This document shows, piece by piece, positions 9,888 through 19,591 of a stretch of 64,000 nt of DNA. Numbering within the stretch: position 1 is the stretch's first letter; every line of letters starts with the position of its first letter. This DNA comes from an uncultured bacterium (lineage in GTDB: Bacteria > Eisenbacteria > RBG-16-71-46 > CAIMUX01). The translations under genes were made by a program, and so were the position numbers. The notes under the pieces were generated by a model that did no database searches, was not told where the DNA came from, and saw nothing but the letters and a program-made list of their open reading frames with translations. Location: contig CAYJLF010000002.1 in assembly GCA_964371055.1 (NCBI GenBank), forward strand, positions 202,453-266,452. The letters are read 5' to 3'.

Positions 9888-12061
9888 AAGCCTCCCCGGT
9901 GCGCGTCGGTCGCGTGGGAAACCTGTTCATCATGCAGCGGGGCCGCCCCGACCGGGAGGCCGGCGAACGAGCCGAGCGGCACCTCCATGAAGAGCGGCCG
10001 CACCGTCTGCGGCGTGACCTCGGCGGCCGCGATCCCCTCCTCGCGGAAGAGGCGGAGGATCAGGCTGGGGCAGGTCTTGCCGCCGCAGGCGCCGAGACCG
10101 GCGCGGGTCGCGGCCTTCAGGTGGTTCAGGTCGCGGATCCCGCCGCGGATCAGCCGGCGGATCTCCCCGGCCGTGACCCGCTCGCAGCGGCAGACGATTT
10201 CGTCGTCGGCGATCCGCTCCTCGGTCGGAACCGCGTCCCCTTCCCAGGGCTGCTGCACCCGGATGCCGGCGATCCGCTTCGCGATCTCGCGCGGCGCCCG
10301 CACGCGCACGAGGAGGGCCCGATCCGCCGAGCGCGGCGCGCGCACGCGGACCACCTCGCAGTTGCCCAGCACGGTGCCCTCGGTGTCGAGGACGGTGACC
10401 GCGTCCCCTTCCAGGATCGACGCGGCGGCGAACTCGTGCGCGATCGTGACGATCGGATTCTCCGGGTCCTTGCGACAGTCGATGAGAGTGATCGCGAGGC
10501 CGGGACAGATCGCCACACACTGCTCGCAGGCGATGCAGTCGCCGACGAACTCCGGCAGACCCATGACCTCGTCTCCCTCGATGACGATGGAGTGCTGCGG
10601 GCAGATCGAGGTGCAGGGATTGCACGGGATCTCCTGGGCGCAGTGGAAGACCGGAAAGACCCCGCTCTCGAACTCCGGGATGTCTTCGGTGACGGCGGCC
10701 CCGGGACGCGACTTCAGGATCTCCGCCGTGCGGTGCCACTCCGGTGGGACCTCGCCGACATCGCGGCCGAGCGATCGGGCAATCTCCAGCCCGCGGATCT
10801 TGCCCGTGAACATGGCGGCGGAGGCCTCGGCGATCTCCTCGGCATCGCCGGCGGCGTGGACAGGGAGCCCGAACTCCCGCGCCTTGCGCAGGAACTCATC
10901 CACCGGATCGAGGCCGACGGCGACCAGCACGGTGTCGCAGGCCAAGGTCTGTTCGGTCCCGGCTACCGGCTTCCAGTCGGGTCCGAGCCGGGCGATCGTG
11001 ACCGACTCCACCTCCGTCCCGCCGTTAGCCGAGACGATCGTGTGCGACGTGTGGATCGGCACGCCCATCCGGATCAGCTTGTCCTTGTGCACCTTGTAGC
11101 CGCCGCACTCCGGCATCGCCTCGCAGAGCCCCGCCACCGCGATGCCGGCCTGGAGGGCGTGGTAGCCGGCGATGAGTCCGACGTTGCCGCCGCCGACGAT
11201 GAAGAGCCGCTCGGTCGGGCGCACGAGGTCGCGATTGACCAGGGTCTGGAAGGCGCCGGCGCCGTAGACGCCGGGCAGCGTGTTGCCGCAAAAGACGAGC
11301 GATTTCTCCCGTGCGCCGCTCGCCACCATGAGGACCTGCGGGTGCACGATGACGTAGTGCCCCTCGCGGAGGACGCCGACGCGGCGATCGGCGAAGACCG
11401 CCAGCGCCGTCGAGTTAAGCCAGACGCGGATGTTCTCGAAGCGCGCCACCTCCTTCTCCAGCTTGGTGGCGATGTCGATCCCGCGCGTGCCGGCGTGGCA
11501 GGCCTCGATCGAACCGAAGAACTTGTGGGTCTGCAGGACGAGCTTTCCGCCCAGGCGGTGCTTGTCGTCCACGATCAGAGTGCGGACGCCGGCCTGACCG
11601 AGCTCGACCGCGGCGGAGAGCCCCGCGGGACCGCCGCCGATGATGAGGCACTCCACTTCGATCGTCTCGATCGGACGCACGGCAGGCACGGCCGGCGGAG
11701 GGGAGGCCTGACTCGAGGCCTTGCTCTCCCGAGGAAGCTGGGGAAGTCCGATCATCGGCTCGACCCGCAGGCCGGGACGGACCGGAGTCATGCACGATTT
11801 CACCGGGAGCCCGTCGGCGATGACGCTGCACTGGGCGCATTGCCCATTCGCGCAGAAGATGCCGAGCGGGGCATCATCCTTGGGATGACGCCCGAAGATC
11901 CGGATTCCGTGGGCGAAGAGGGCGGAAGCGATCGTCTCGCCTTCCCGCCCCTCGAGGCGCTCGCCTTGCCAGAGGAATTCGACGACCGGCCGGTCGGGCA
12001 CCGGCAGGATCGGATGCTCGCGAATCCGACAGTCCGCCACAACCACCTCCCTCGCCACCAC
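9884..12061 (-). CDS. Fused HcnA+HcnB/OoxA-like subunit: N-terminal 2Fe-2S domain, FAD/NAD(P) pyridine-nucleotide-disulfide oxidoreductase fold, inserted 2x[4Fe-4S] ferredoxin domain, C-terminal BFD-like [2Fe-2S] domain
   Basis: Four recognisable motifs in order: CANGQCAQCSV (2Fe-2S), LIIGGGPAGLSAAVEL (FAD/NAD fold), CNPCTSICP...CIACEQCVAICP (two CxxCxxCxxxCP clusters), CRCERVTAGEIRRLIRGG...ACGGKTC (BFD-like). Confidence 0.75.
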   Translation of the reverse strand: MVAREVVVADCRIREHPILPVPDRPVVEFLWQGERLEGREGETIASALFAHGIRIFGRHPKDDAPLGIFCANGQCAQCSVIADGLPVKSCMTPVRPGLRVEPMIGLPQLPRESKASSQASPPPAVPAVRPIETIEVECLIIGGGPAGLSAAVELGQAGVRTLIVDDKHRLGGKLVLQTHKFFGSIEACHAGTRGIDIATKLEKEVARFENIRVWLNSTALAVFADRRVGVLREGHYVIVHPQVLMVASGAREKSLVFCGNTLPGVYGAGAFQTLVNRDLVRPTERLFIVGGGNVGLIAGYHALQAGIAVAGLCEAMPECGGYKVHKDKLIRMGVPIHTSHTIVSANGGTEVESVTIARLGPDWKPVAGTEQTLACDTVLVAVGLDPVDEFLRKAREFGLPVHAAGDAEEIAEASAAMFTGKIRGLEIARSLGRDVGEVPPEWHRTAEILKSRPGAAVTEDIPEFESGVFPVFHCAQEIPCNPCTSICPQHSIVIEGDEVMGLPEFVGDCIACEQCVAICPGLAITLIDCRKDPENPIVTIAHEFAAASILEGDAVTVLDTEGTVLGNCEVVRVRAPRSADRALLVRVRAPREIAKRIAGIRVQQPWEGDAVPTEERIADDEIVCRCERVTAGEIRRLIRGGIRDLNHLKAATRAGLGACGGKTCPSLILRLFREEGIAAAEVTPQTVRPLFMEVPLGSFAGLPVGAAPLHDEQVSHATDAHRGGL

Positions 12062-12155
12062 CCCGCCGGCCGATCTTTCGGTCGGAACCCTGGTTGAGAA
12101 TACGCCCTTCGATCGCGTCGGGTGTTATCCTTTCTCCAACCGAGCGAGGTGCACC

Positions 12156-12452
12156 ATGGATTCGATGGTGGTGGTTTTCAAAGCGGCGGGATTGCCCAAG
12201 GCGGAACTGGTTCGCGGGCTTCTTGAGTCCGAGGATATCCCGGTCCATCTGCAATACGAGTCGGCCGGGCCGGTCTACGGCCTGACGGTCGACGGCCTGG
12301 GAGAAGTGAAGGTGTGCGTCCCGGAGGCCTTTGCGGACGAGGCGCGCCAGCTTCTCCATTCCATGCGTGGGGAGCTGGAGAGCGGCGAGGCGCCGCTGCC
12401 GGAACTGGGTTCCGTGGTGGAAGGGACGGAGACCGGGGGGAACGAGGAGTAA
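12156..12452 (+). CDS. DUF2007 family small protein (putative signal-transducing protein)
   Basis: 98 aa. GAGGTG RBS before the ATG. Pattern VVVFKAAGLPKAELVRGLLESEDIPVHL...VKVCVPEAFADEARQLL is typical of DUF2007. Confidence 0.5.
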   Translation: MDSMVVVFKAAGLPKAELVRGLLESEDIPVHLQYESAGPVYGLTVDGLGEVKVCVPEAFADEARQLLHSMRGELESGEAPLPELGSVVEGTETGGNEE

Positions 12453-12518
12453 CCATGTCTCGGGCGAACCGATCCGCCCCGGAAGCGACGGGCCGGCGAC
12501 AGAGGTTCGGACCGCGCC

Positions 12519-13421
12519 TTGCCTGAGGTCGCCGCCGCGCTCCGCCAGCGGAGAGCGTATGCGTTCGCGCTCTCTTCCGTCCTCCTCTGGTCGACGGTCG
12601 CAACGGCGTTCAAGCTCTCGTTGCGGCACCTCACCCCCGACCAGCTCCTCCTCTGGTCGTCTCTCATGGCGGCTCTCGTCCTCGGCGTCGTGCTCGTCGG
12701 TCGCGGGGGATTCGGGCAGCTTCGTCGTTCGACGCCCGCGGAGCTGTCGCGCTCGGCGCTGATGGGCCTGCTCAATCCGTTTCTCTACTACCTGGTCCTC
12801 TTTCGCGCCTACGATCGCCTCCCCGGCCAGATGGCGCAGCCTCTCAACTACACCTGGGCCCTGGCCATCGCGCTCTTGTCGGTGCCGCTGCTCAAACAGC
12901 GCATCGGGCCGATGAGCATCGTGGCCATTCTGCTGAGCCTTTTCGGCGTGCTGGTGATCTCCACGCGCGGAGATCTCGGCTCCATGCGGGTGGAGGAACC
13001 GCTCGGCGTGGCGCTGGCGGTCGGGAGTTCCGTGATCTGGGCTTTCTTCTGGGTGTTCAACCTGCGCGATCCGCGCGACGCGACGATCAAGCTCTTCCTC
13101 AGCTTCTGCTTCGGCACCGTCCTCTGCGCCGTCTGGTGCGGACTGACCGGGCAGCTCTCCCTGCCGCCCGCGGCGGGCGCGATCGGGGCCGCCTATGTCG
13201 GGCTCGTCGAGATGGGGCTGACGTTCGTGCTCTGGCTGGAGGCGTTGCGGCTCTCCCGCACCACCGCGGCGGTCTCGAACCTGATCTTCCTCTCCCCGTT
13301 CGTCTCGCTCTTCCTGCTGCAGCTCTTCGTGGGGGAACCGCTCGCGCCGGCGTCGTTCGCGGGACTGGCGTGCATCGTCGCGGGGATCATCCTGCAGGAG
13401 CGGGCGACGGCGCGAAAGTGA
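12519..13421 (+). CDS. EamA/DMT superfamily transporter
   Basis: 10 predicted TM segments with duplicated EamA-like halves. TTG start at 12519. Confidence 0.7.
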   Translation: MPEVAAALRQRRAYAFALSSVLLWSTVATAFKLSLRHLTPDQLLLWSSLMAALVLGVVLVGRGGFGQLRRSTPAELSRSALMGLLNPFLYYLVLFRAYDRLPGQMAQPLNYTWALAIALLSVPLLKQRIGPMSIVAILLSLFGVLVISTRGDLGSMRVEEPLGVALAVGSSVIWAFFWVFNLRDPRDATIKLFLSFCFGTVLCAVWCGLTGQLSLPPAAGAIGAAYVGLVEMGLTFVLWLEALRLSRTTAAVSNLIFLSPFVSLFLLQLFVGEPLAPASFAGLACIVAGIILQERATARK

Positions 13422-13483
13422 GGGAGAGACGTTCGCCGGCTGGCCGGGTCCGGGCGGCGCCGGGCCTGCCGGCGCGATCGGTC

Positions 13484-14668
13484 TCAGTCGAGGAGGACGA
13501 TCCGGCGGACCTCGACCGCGTCCTCTGCCTGCGCGCGAGCCCAGTAGACGCCGGCCGGGACCTGGCGGCCCGTGTCATCGGTCCGGTCCCATGACAGGAC
13601 CGTCCCGACGGCCGATCCGGCGGCCTGCCAGGAGCGCACCACGCGCCCCGCCGCGTCGAAGATCTGGACGTCCCGTCCGATCCCGGGCGGAAGCTGAAGG
13701 CGAAGATGGTCGCCGCGAGCGGGGTTGGGCCCGATGCGGAAGGTGAATCCCCCGCTCCCGGGGTCGAGATCGACCGGGATGTCCTTCGGCGGAGGCGGAG
13801 AGTCGGGCATTCCGGCGACTGGCGTCGTGGTCCAGAGACCGGTCGCGGCATCGAACGCAGAGGCTTGCTGTCGATTCCAGACGATACCGATGCCCCCGTC
13901 GACGGCTCCGCCCGCGATCGAAACATCCCCCTCGAGCGGAATCCACAGGTCGAGGGTGTTGGTGTAGGCGACCGCGCCCTGGGCTGACCAGGCCAGCGCG
14001 ATCCCCGAGGCGGCGGCAACGCTGATCCCGTCCGGTTCACCCAGGTCGAGCGCGACCCAGCCGCCGGGCGTCGGATCGAAGGTGTAGAGCGCGGACGGGG
14101 TCCAGACCAGGCCGAGGTTGGGGAGCGTGATGCCACCGCGGCAGCCGCCGTCCAGCGCCTGGCGCATCCACTGGCCGCTGGCGGAGTGGAAGGCGTAAGC
14201 GTCGTGCGAGGTCCAGACCAGGCCGAAGGTGCCCGCGGATCCGCCGCCGATCGGCAACTCGCCGGTGAACGGTTGCGATCGCCAGATCGTCCAGAGAGAG
14301 GCGATGGCGTACGCGGCCTCCGAACTCCAGAAGATGAGCGTCGATCCCTCGGCCGATTCGCCCATCGCATAGCCGCTGTAGGTCGATCCGTACCAATGAG
14401 CGTTCGTCGCGTTGAAGGCGTGGATCCTGAGCCCCGAGCGCAAGTACCCGAGAGCGCCGCCGGCGAGGCGGACCGCGGCCGGCGCTTCGAGCGTGGTCGA
14501 GGTCCACGTCCCCGAGTAGGCGCTGTAGCCGTACGCGTGGGTCGGCGTGTCCACGATCGCCACCTGCTCCCCGGCGGCGCCGTCCTGGGCCTGGGCGAGG
14601 GCGGGGCCGAGGAGGAGACAAAGTCCGGCGACCGCGGCGCGCGCCGCGACATGCGCGACGAAACTCAT
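13484..14668 (-). CDS. Hypothetical secreted repeat protein (seven ~38-aa Trp-containing repeats, propeller-like) with FlgD-Ig-like C-terminal domain
   Basis: ATG 14668 preceded by GGAGG. Signal peptide MSFVAHVAARAAVAGLCLLLGPALAQA. C-terminus GPNPARGDHLRLQL...LSWDRTDDTGRQVPAGVYWARAQAEDAVEVRRIVLLD. Confidence 0.6.
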   Translation of the reverse strand: MSFVAHVAARAAVAGLCLLLGPALAQAQDGAAGEQVAIVDTPTHAYGYSAYSGTWTSTTLEAPAAVRLAGGALGYLRSGLRIHAFNATNAHWYGSTYSGYAMGESAEGSTLIFWSSEAAYAIASLWTIWRSQPFTGELPIGGGSAGTFGLVWTSHDAYAFHSASGQWMRQALDGGCRGGITLPNLGLVWTPSALYTFDPTPGGWVALDLGEPDGISVAAASGIALAWSAQGAVAYTNTLDLWIPLEGDVSIAGGAVDGGIGIVWNRQQASAFDAATGLWTTTPVAGMPDSPPPPKDIPVDLDPGSGGFTFRIGPNPARGDHLRLQLPPGIGRDVQIFDAAGRVVRSWQAAGSAVGTVLSWDRTDDTGRQVPAGVYWARAQAEDAVEVRRIVLLD

Positions 14669-14906
14669 GATCGTTCCTCCGGGTAGCTTCGGCGTAGCTG
14701 GTGAGACGGGCGACGGCGGAAGAGCGAGCATAACCGATCTGCGCTCCCCGTGCCCTGATTCCAGTATCGGCAGATGACGGCGATGGCATCACCCGTCGCC
14801 TTCGCGTCGCCCGGGAGCGGCTCAACCGAGTGCAAAACGCTCGGTTCGGGACAGGCTGGAAGCCGTGGGCGTTGATCCTGCAACGGCAGGTTGAGAGAAT
14901 CGTCTC

Positions 14907-15827
14907 ATGCCGGAACTGCCCGACATCGAGGTCTATGTCGAACTGCTCGCCGACCACGCCGTCGGATCGGTGTTGCACGAAGTCCGGTTGTTTACGCCGT
15001 TTCTCCTCCGCTCGATCGACCCCGGACCGGATGCGGTGCATGGGCGCCGCCTCGAGCAGGTGCGGCGCGTGGGCAAGAGAATCGCCCTGGGCTTCGAGCG
15101 GGATGACTGGCTGGTGCTTCACCTCATGATCGCGGGAAGGCTGCAGTGGCGGACGGCCGGCGCCCGAGCGCCCGGGAAGATCGGGCTGGCGGCGTTCGAC
15201 TTCGAGACCGGCACGCTTCTTTTGACGGAAGCCGGCACGCGGCGGAGAGCATCGCTGCACGTCGTGCGAGGGACCGACGGGCTGCGAGCGCTCGACCCCG
15301 GGGGCCTCGAGGTGCTGGGCGCGACGGCCGGGGAGTTCGCGGAAGCGCTGGGCCGAGGCAACCACACCCTGAAGCGGGCGCTGACCGATCCGCGCCTCCT
15401 GAGCGGGATCGGCAACGCCTACTCCGACGAGATCCTCTTTCGGGCGCGGCTCTCTCCCTTTCGGCAGAGCGCGCAGTTGAAGCCTGAGGAGATGGCCCGC
15501 CTCTTCGAGGCGTGCCGCTCGGTCCTGATCGAGTGGACCGTGCGTCTTCGCCGCGAGGCCGCGGGCCGGTTCCCGAAGATGGTCACGGCGTTTCACGCGG
15601 AGATGGCGGTCCACGGCCGCTACCGACTACCCTGTCCGGAGTGTGGCGCGCCGGTGCAGCGGATCGTCTATGCACAGAACGAAGCCAACTACTGCGCGCG
15701 GTGTCAGACCGGCGGCCGGCTGCTGGCCGACCGGGCGCTGTCACGGCTCCTGAAGGATGACTGGCCGAAGACGATCGATGAACTGGAGGAGGGGCGATGC
15801 AGAGCCCGGAGCGAACCGGCATCGTAG
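14907..15827 (+). CDS. Fpg/Nei family DNA glycosylase (formamidopyrimidine-DNA glycosylase / endonuclease VIII)
   Basis: N-terminal MPELPDIEV (catalytic Pro2/Glu3). C-terminal zinc finger CPECGAPVQRIVYAQNEANYCARCQ. Confidence 0.8.
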   Translation: MPELPDIEVYVELLADHAVGSVLHEVRLFTPFLLRSIDPGPDAVHGRRLEQVRRVGKRIALGFERDDWLVLHLMIAGRLQWRTAGARAPGKIGLAAFDFETGTLLLTEAGTRRRASLHVVRGTDGLRALDPGGLEVLGATAGEFAEALGRGNHTLKRALTDPRLLSGIGNAYSDEILFRARLSPFRQSAQLKPEEMARLFEACRSVLIEWTVRLRREAAGRFPKMVTAFHAEMAVHGRYRLPCPECGAPVQRIVYAQNEANYCARCQTGGRLLADRALSRLLKDDWPKTIDELEEGRCRARSEPAS

Positions 15828-15901
15828 TGGGCAACAGCGCAGCGGATCGGGCGGGAGTCGCCGTCTCGCGTCCGGAGACCGCGCGACTCGCGCACCGTAC
15901 G

Positions 15902-17833
15902 ATGATGCCGGGCGCGTGCCACCGAACGGCATCCGTCGCTGTCCGTCTGGCGGCGATGCTCCTTCTGCTCCTGTCGGCCAGGCCCGGCGAGGCTTCTGCC
16001 CAGGATGACCCAGTCAACGACCCCTTCTTCGGCAACGCGCCCGGCGGGCCGACCGACCAGCAGTGGCACCTGAAGAACGACGGCACGCGACAGGGGGCGG
16101 GCAACTGCGGCACCGCGGTTCGCGACATGGATGTCCAGGTCGACACCCTCCAGTACTGGTACACCGCCGTCGGCCGCCCTTCAGTCGTGATTGGAATGAT
16201 CGACGTCGGCGTCGCCGGGTACCACGAGGACCTGGCCGAGGTGGCGCAGTTTGGCGCCTTTCCGCGCGACAGCATCGACTGCTGCGGTTCGCACGGGACC
16301 AAAATGGCCGGACTGGCCGCCGCGCTGACCAACAATGCACGTGGCGTCGCCGGGGTCTGTCCCCGCTGCTCGATCGCCGACATCATGCTGGCGCGGCCGA
16401 CGGCCACGCCCGAGCAGTGCCGCGACGGCTCGGATCTCTACCTCTATGGTGCGGATGCGTCGCGGTACATCGAGCAGGCTCTGGAGTGGTCGATCGCCTC
16501 GCCCGAGTTCGAACTGGCCGCGTTCAACATCGCGGTGGGCGGGCTGCCGTGGCGGGAGACGATGGACATCCTCTGGCGGGCCTACCTGGAGGAAGGGGTC
16601 GTCACGGCGATGGCCTGCGGCGCGCTGCAGGCGCCGTGCAACCGCCCCGACCTCCTGCAGACCCGTCCCTTCATCCTGGGCGTCGGCGGCTTCACCTGGA
16701 CCGGAGAGTTCTGGTGCCCCGATACCGACTGTCAAAGTGCGACGGAGACGCCGATCGGGACGCGCGTCGGCCCGCGGCATGTCGACATCTGCGGCCCCGC
16801 GCGCGGGACGGCGATGTCGACCCATTTCGATCCCGCGATTCCCTATGCCTTGACCAACCTCTCGACCTCGGGGGCGACCGCCTGTGTATCGGGGGCGCTC
16901 GGGCTGTTGCGCGCCTATGCCAGGGATGCCTATCCGGGCGAGGAACTCCCACCGCCGGGATACATGGCCGGTTTCATCACCGGATCGGCGCTCGACTTTC
17001 CGGTCGATCCCACCACCTATCCAAACGCCTGTCCGGGCTCGCCGCGCAGCCATTACGGCCCGGGTCGGCTCAACATCGCGGGCGCCGTGCAGCTCCTCGA
17101 GGCCTGGTACGGCCCGCGCGACGGGCACTACTACCACGAAGAGGTGCTCGACTACCGCGACGCGACGATCAAGGAGGCCGAGCGCTTCACGCTGGGCGAG
17201 ACGCTGTGCGTCGTCGAACGGCTGAGCTGGCCGGTCCAGATCCCGTTTCTGAGCGATCGACATCTGCCGGACCGCGTCGCGTTCGTGCTCCCCGAGGCCT
17301 GCACGGTCTATGGCGAGGTCCCTTCGGCCCTCGGGGTGCAGGAGACGCTGCGCCAGTCCTTCATCCTCCACCAGGCCCGGCGCGACATCCGCGGGGCGCA
17401 TCTCGACCTTCCCGATCCCGGCGGGGGCTCCCATGTGACCGGATGGCTCTGCCGCATCAGCCTCGACGGCGGCCGGAGCTGGAACTACCTCGGCACGACG
17501 CGCGAGGAGGCGACGGCGGTTTACGCGTTCCTTGCGCCGTATCCGCCCGACGATCCGCCCGCCGCCGCCGCCCGGCAGCCGTTCGTCTTCGCGAACCCGG
17601 CAAAGGCGCCGATGATCCTCCACTGGACAGGTGATGATCGCCGGGAACGCGGCGTGGAGATCTATGACCTCTTCGGACATCGCCTGCGAAGTCTGCACCT
17701 GCGCCGCTGGCAGAAGACGGTCACCTGGGATGGCCGCGATGACAGCGGGCGCGAGCTGCCCGCGGGGGTCTACTGGCTGCGCGAAGAGGGTGCGGCAGGG
17801 TGGGAAGGGCGGAGAGTGGTGTTGGTGAAGTAG
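15902..17833 (+). CDS. Subtilisin-like S8 serine peptidase with FlgD-Ig-like C-terminal domain
   Basis: Signal peptide MMPGACHRTASVAVRLAAMLLLLLSARPGEASA. Asp motif VVIGMIDVGV, His motif GSHGTKMAG, Ser motif LSTSGATACVSGALGLL. C-terminus VTWDGRDDSGRELPAGVYWLREEG...RVVLVK. Confidence 0.7.
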   Translation: MMPGACHRTASVAVRLAAMLLLLLSARPGEASAQDDPVNDPFFGNAPGGPTDQQWHLKNDGTRQGAGNCGTAVRDMDVQVDTLQYWYTAVGRPSVVIGMIDVGVAGYHEDLAEVAQFGAFPRDSIDCCGSHGTKMAGLAAALTNNARGVAGVCPRCSIADIMLARPTATPEQCRDGSDLYLYGADASRYIEQALEWSIASPEFELAAFNIAVGGLPWRETMDILWRAYLEEGVVTAMACGALQAPCNRPDLLQTRPFILGVGGFTWTGEFWCPDTDCQSATETPIGTRVGPRHVDICGPARGTAMSTHFDPAIPYALTNLSTSGATACVSGALGLLRAYARDAYPGEELPPPGYMAGFITGSALDFPVDPTTYPNACPGSPRSHYGPGRLNIAGAVQLLEAWYGPRDGHYYHEEVLDYRDATIKEAERFTLGETLCVVERLSWPVQIPFLSDRHLPDRVAFVLPEACTVYGEVPSALGVQETLRQSFILHQARRDIRGAHLDLPDPGGGSHVTGWLCRISLDGGRSWNYLGTTREEATAVYAFLAPYPPDDPPAAAARQPFVFANPAKAPMILHWTGDDRRERGVEIYDLFGHRLRSLHLRRWQKTVTWDGRDDSGRELPAGVYWLREEGAAGWEGRRVVLVK

Positions 17834-17845
17834 GGGGGGGCGATG

Positions 17846-17874
17846 TTGACTCGCCGCGGTCCCACGAGTAGCTT
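17846..17874 (+). promoter_or_regulatory. Candidate sigma70-type promoter (TTGACT-17 nt-TAGCTT) upstream of the outer-membrane protein gene
   Basis: TTGACT at 17846-17851, a 17-nt spacer, then TAGCTT at 17869-17874. Lies in the 130-nt gap after the S8 peptidase gene. Confidence 0.3.
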
Positions 17875-17894
17875 CCCTCCCGGTAGTTCGGCTC

Positions 17895-19571
17895 ATGGAG
17901 CCGGGGGTGCCGGGGCCGCCATCCTTGAAGCGCCGGCACGGGGAGGAGGGGGAGGTGTTGCGGGTGTCACGGTCTCTTCAGGATCCAACCCGGCTCTGGG
18001 CGACGGGGCTCGGTCTGGCGCTGCTGCTGGTAGCCTGGGCGCTGTCTCCCGCCTCGGCGCAAGCGCCGCCGTCGGATCCGCCTGTCACTGCCACCTCCGC
18101 TCCGGCTTCCGCGTCCGTTCCCGCTCCCGCCCCCCCTCGCCTCGGCGGCGACCTGCGGATCCGCGGCGAATCGTTCGACAACCCGCTCGATCTCGACGAT
18201 GACGCCGACGACTCCTACCAGTTCACCCGCATGCGCTATCGCCTCTGGGTCGACGGCAGACCGCGCGAGGAGGTGAAGCTCTTCTTCCGGCTCGGCGGCG
18301 AGTACCGCTGGGGACAACAGAGCATCACCGCGCAGGGAGCGGCGAATCCTCCCTCGATCCGCGACGCCGAAAGCCGCGTGTCGGTCGATAACGCCTGGGT
18401 CGATCTCGCGTGGCCGCCGCGCTCGGGCCTCTCCCTTCGCCTTGGTCGCCAGGATCTGACCTACGGTGAGGGGTTCCTCGTTTTCGACGGCACTCCGGCC
18501 GACGGCTCCAGCTCGGCCTACTTTGACGCGCTCAGGGGATCGTGGGCGCGCGGTCGGTGGACGGTCGACCTCTTCACCGCGAAGCTGCAGGACGAGGGGT
18601 TCGGCACGCCGGGTCGCGACGAGGACCTGCACGGGCTCTACGCGAAGCGCGCGATGGAGTGGAAACTCGGCCTCGAAGCCTACCTGCTCTACCGACACCA
18701 GCGTGGCGCGCGCGCGTTCCAGGCGGGTCGGCCCTGGGCGGTCGAGCAGCCGGCGCAAAGCACCGGAGCGGCGGGATTCAGGATCTCGCGCTTGCCCGAG
18801 ACCGGCGGATTCCTGGCGGGGGAGTTCGCGGTCCAGACCGGCGAGTACCATGACCAGGCGGTCCGCGAGTTCCCCACGCGCTCGGCCGGATCGGGCGAGG
18901 TGGGGCCGGCATCTTCCGCCGGAGGCGCCTCCGACGATCGCGAAGCCGTCGGCGGCTACCTGCGGGCCGGGTGGATCCGCGACTGCCGTTATCACGGAGC
19001 GTTCGAAGTCGGCGCCCTCTTCCTCTCCGGTGACGATCCGAACACCGCGCGCTTCGAGGGCTGGGATCCTTTCTACTCCGAGTGGCCGAAGTACTCGGAG
19101 CTTCTGATCTACACGCTCTACGACGCCACCTCGCGGGCGATGATCGATCGCACGCCGGGCGTCGCCCCGGCCGGCTGGGAGTCCGACTCCTCCTGGGCAC
19201 GTGTGGCGGCGGACGACGCGGGCTCGTGGACGAACCTGACCGCCGGCTGGGTCGAACTGCGCGCGGAACCGGTGCCGAAGCTGCGCCTGGCCTGCCGGGG
19301 AACGCTCCTCGGCGCTGACCACCCTTCGCGGCCAGACGGCAGCCGGGATCGGGGCCGCCTGCTCGCGGCGCGCGCGGATCTCGCCGGTCCCGTCGGGCTG
19401 GCGGTGCAGGCGCTCGGGGAGATCTTCTGGCCGGGCGCGTACTATGATCTTCCGTCCACGACCCGTGGCGGCCTCGCGGTCGAAAGCGCGGAGGGAAAGG
19501 GCTCGCCGGCCGGATCCCGTCCGTCTGATCGTGCCTGGTACGCCCGCCTCCAGGTCACGGCATCCTTCTAA
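17895..19571 (+). CDS. Putative outer-membrane beta-barrel protein (C-terminal ...RLQVTASF)
   Basis: Signal peptide LWATGLGLALLLVAWALSPASAQA. The protein ends in Phe and has alternating amphipathic strands. True start may be the GTG at 17955 or 17964, just after a GGAGGAGGGGGAGG tract. Confidence 0.5.
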   Translation: MEPGVPGPPSLKRRHGEEGEVLRVSRSLQDPTRLWATGLGLALLLVAWALSPASAQAPPSDPPVTATSAPASASVPAPAPPRLGGDLRIRGESFDNPLDLDDDADDSYQFTRMRYRLWVDGRPREEVKLFFRLGGEYRWGQQSITAQGAANPPSIRDAESRVSVDNAWVDLAWPPRSGLSLRLGRQDLTYGEGFLVFDGTPADGSSSAYFDALRGSWARGRWTVDLFTAKLQDEGFGTPGRDEDLHGLYAKRAMEWKLGLEAYLLYRHQRGARAFQAGRPWAVEQPAQSTGAAGFRISRLPETGGFLAGEFAVQTGEYHDQAVREFPTRSAGSGEVGPASSAGGASDDREAVGGYLRAGWIRDCRYHGAFEVGALFLSGDDPNTARFEGWDPFYSEWPKYSELLIYTLYDATSRAMIDRTPGVAPAGWESDSSWARVAADDAGSWTNLTAGWVELRAEPVPKLRLACRGTLLGADHPSRPDGSRDRGRLLAARADLAGPVGLAVQALGEIFWPGAYYDLPSTTRGGLAVESAEGKGSPAGSRPSDRAWYARLQVTASF

Positions 19572-19591
19572 GTCCGCTCCAAGGAGATCCG

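Noticed and set aside
15902-17833. Suspected the S8-like protein was a pseudo-peptidase, because the first candidate Ser motif reads GTAMSTH (Ala at the catalytic position).
   Set aside because: A better-aligned Ser motif, LSTSGATACVSGALGLL (cf. GTSMAAPHVAGAAALL), lies ~20 residues downstream. The catalytic triad is therefore probably intact.
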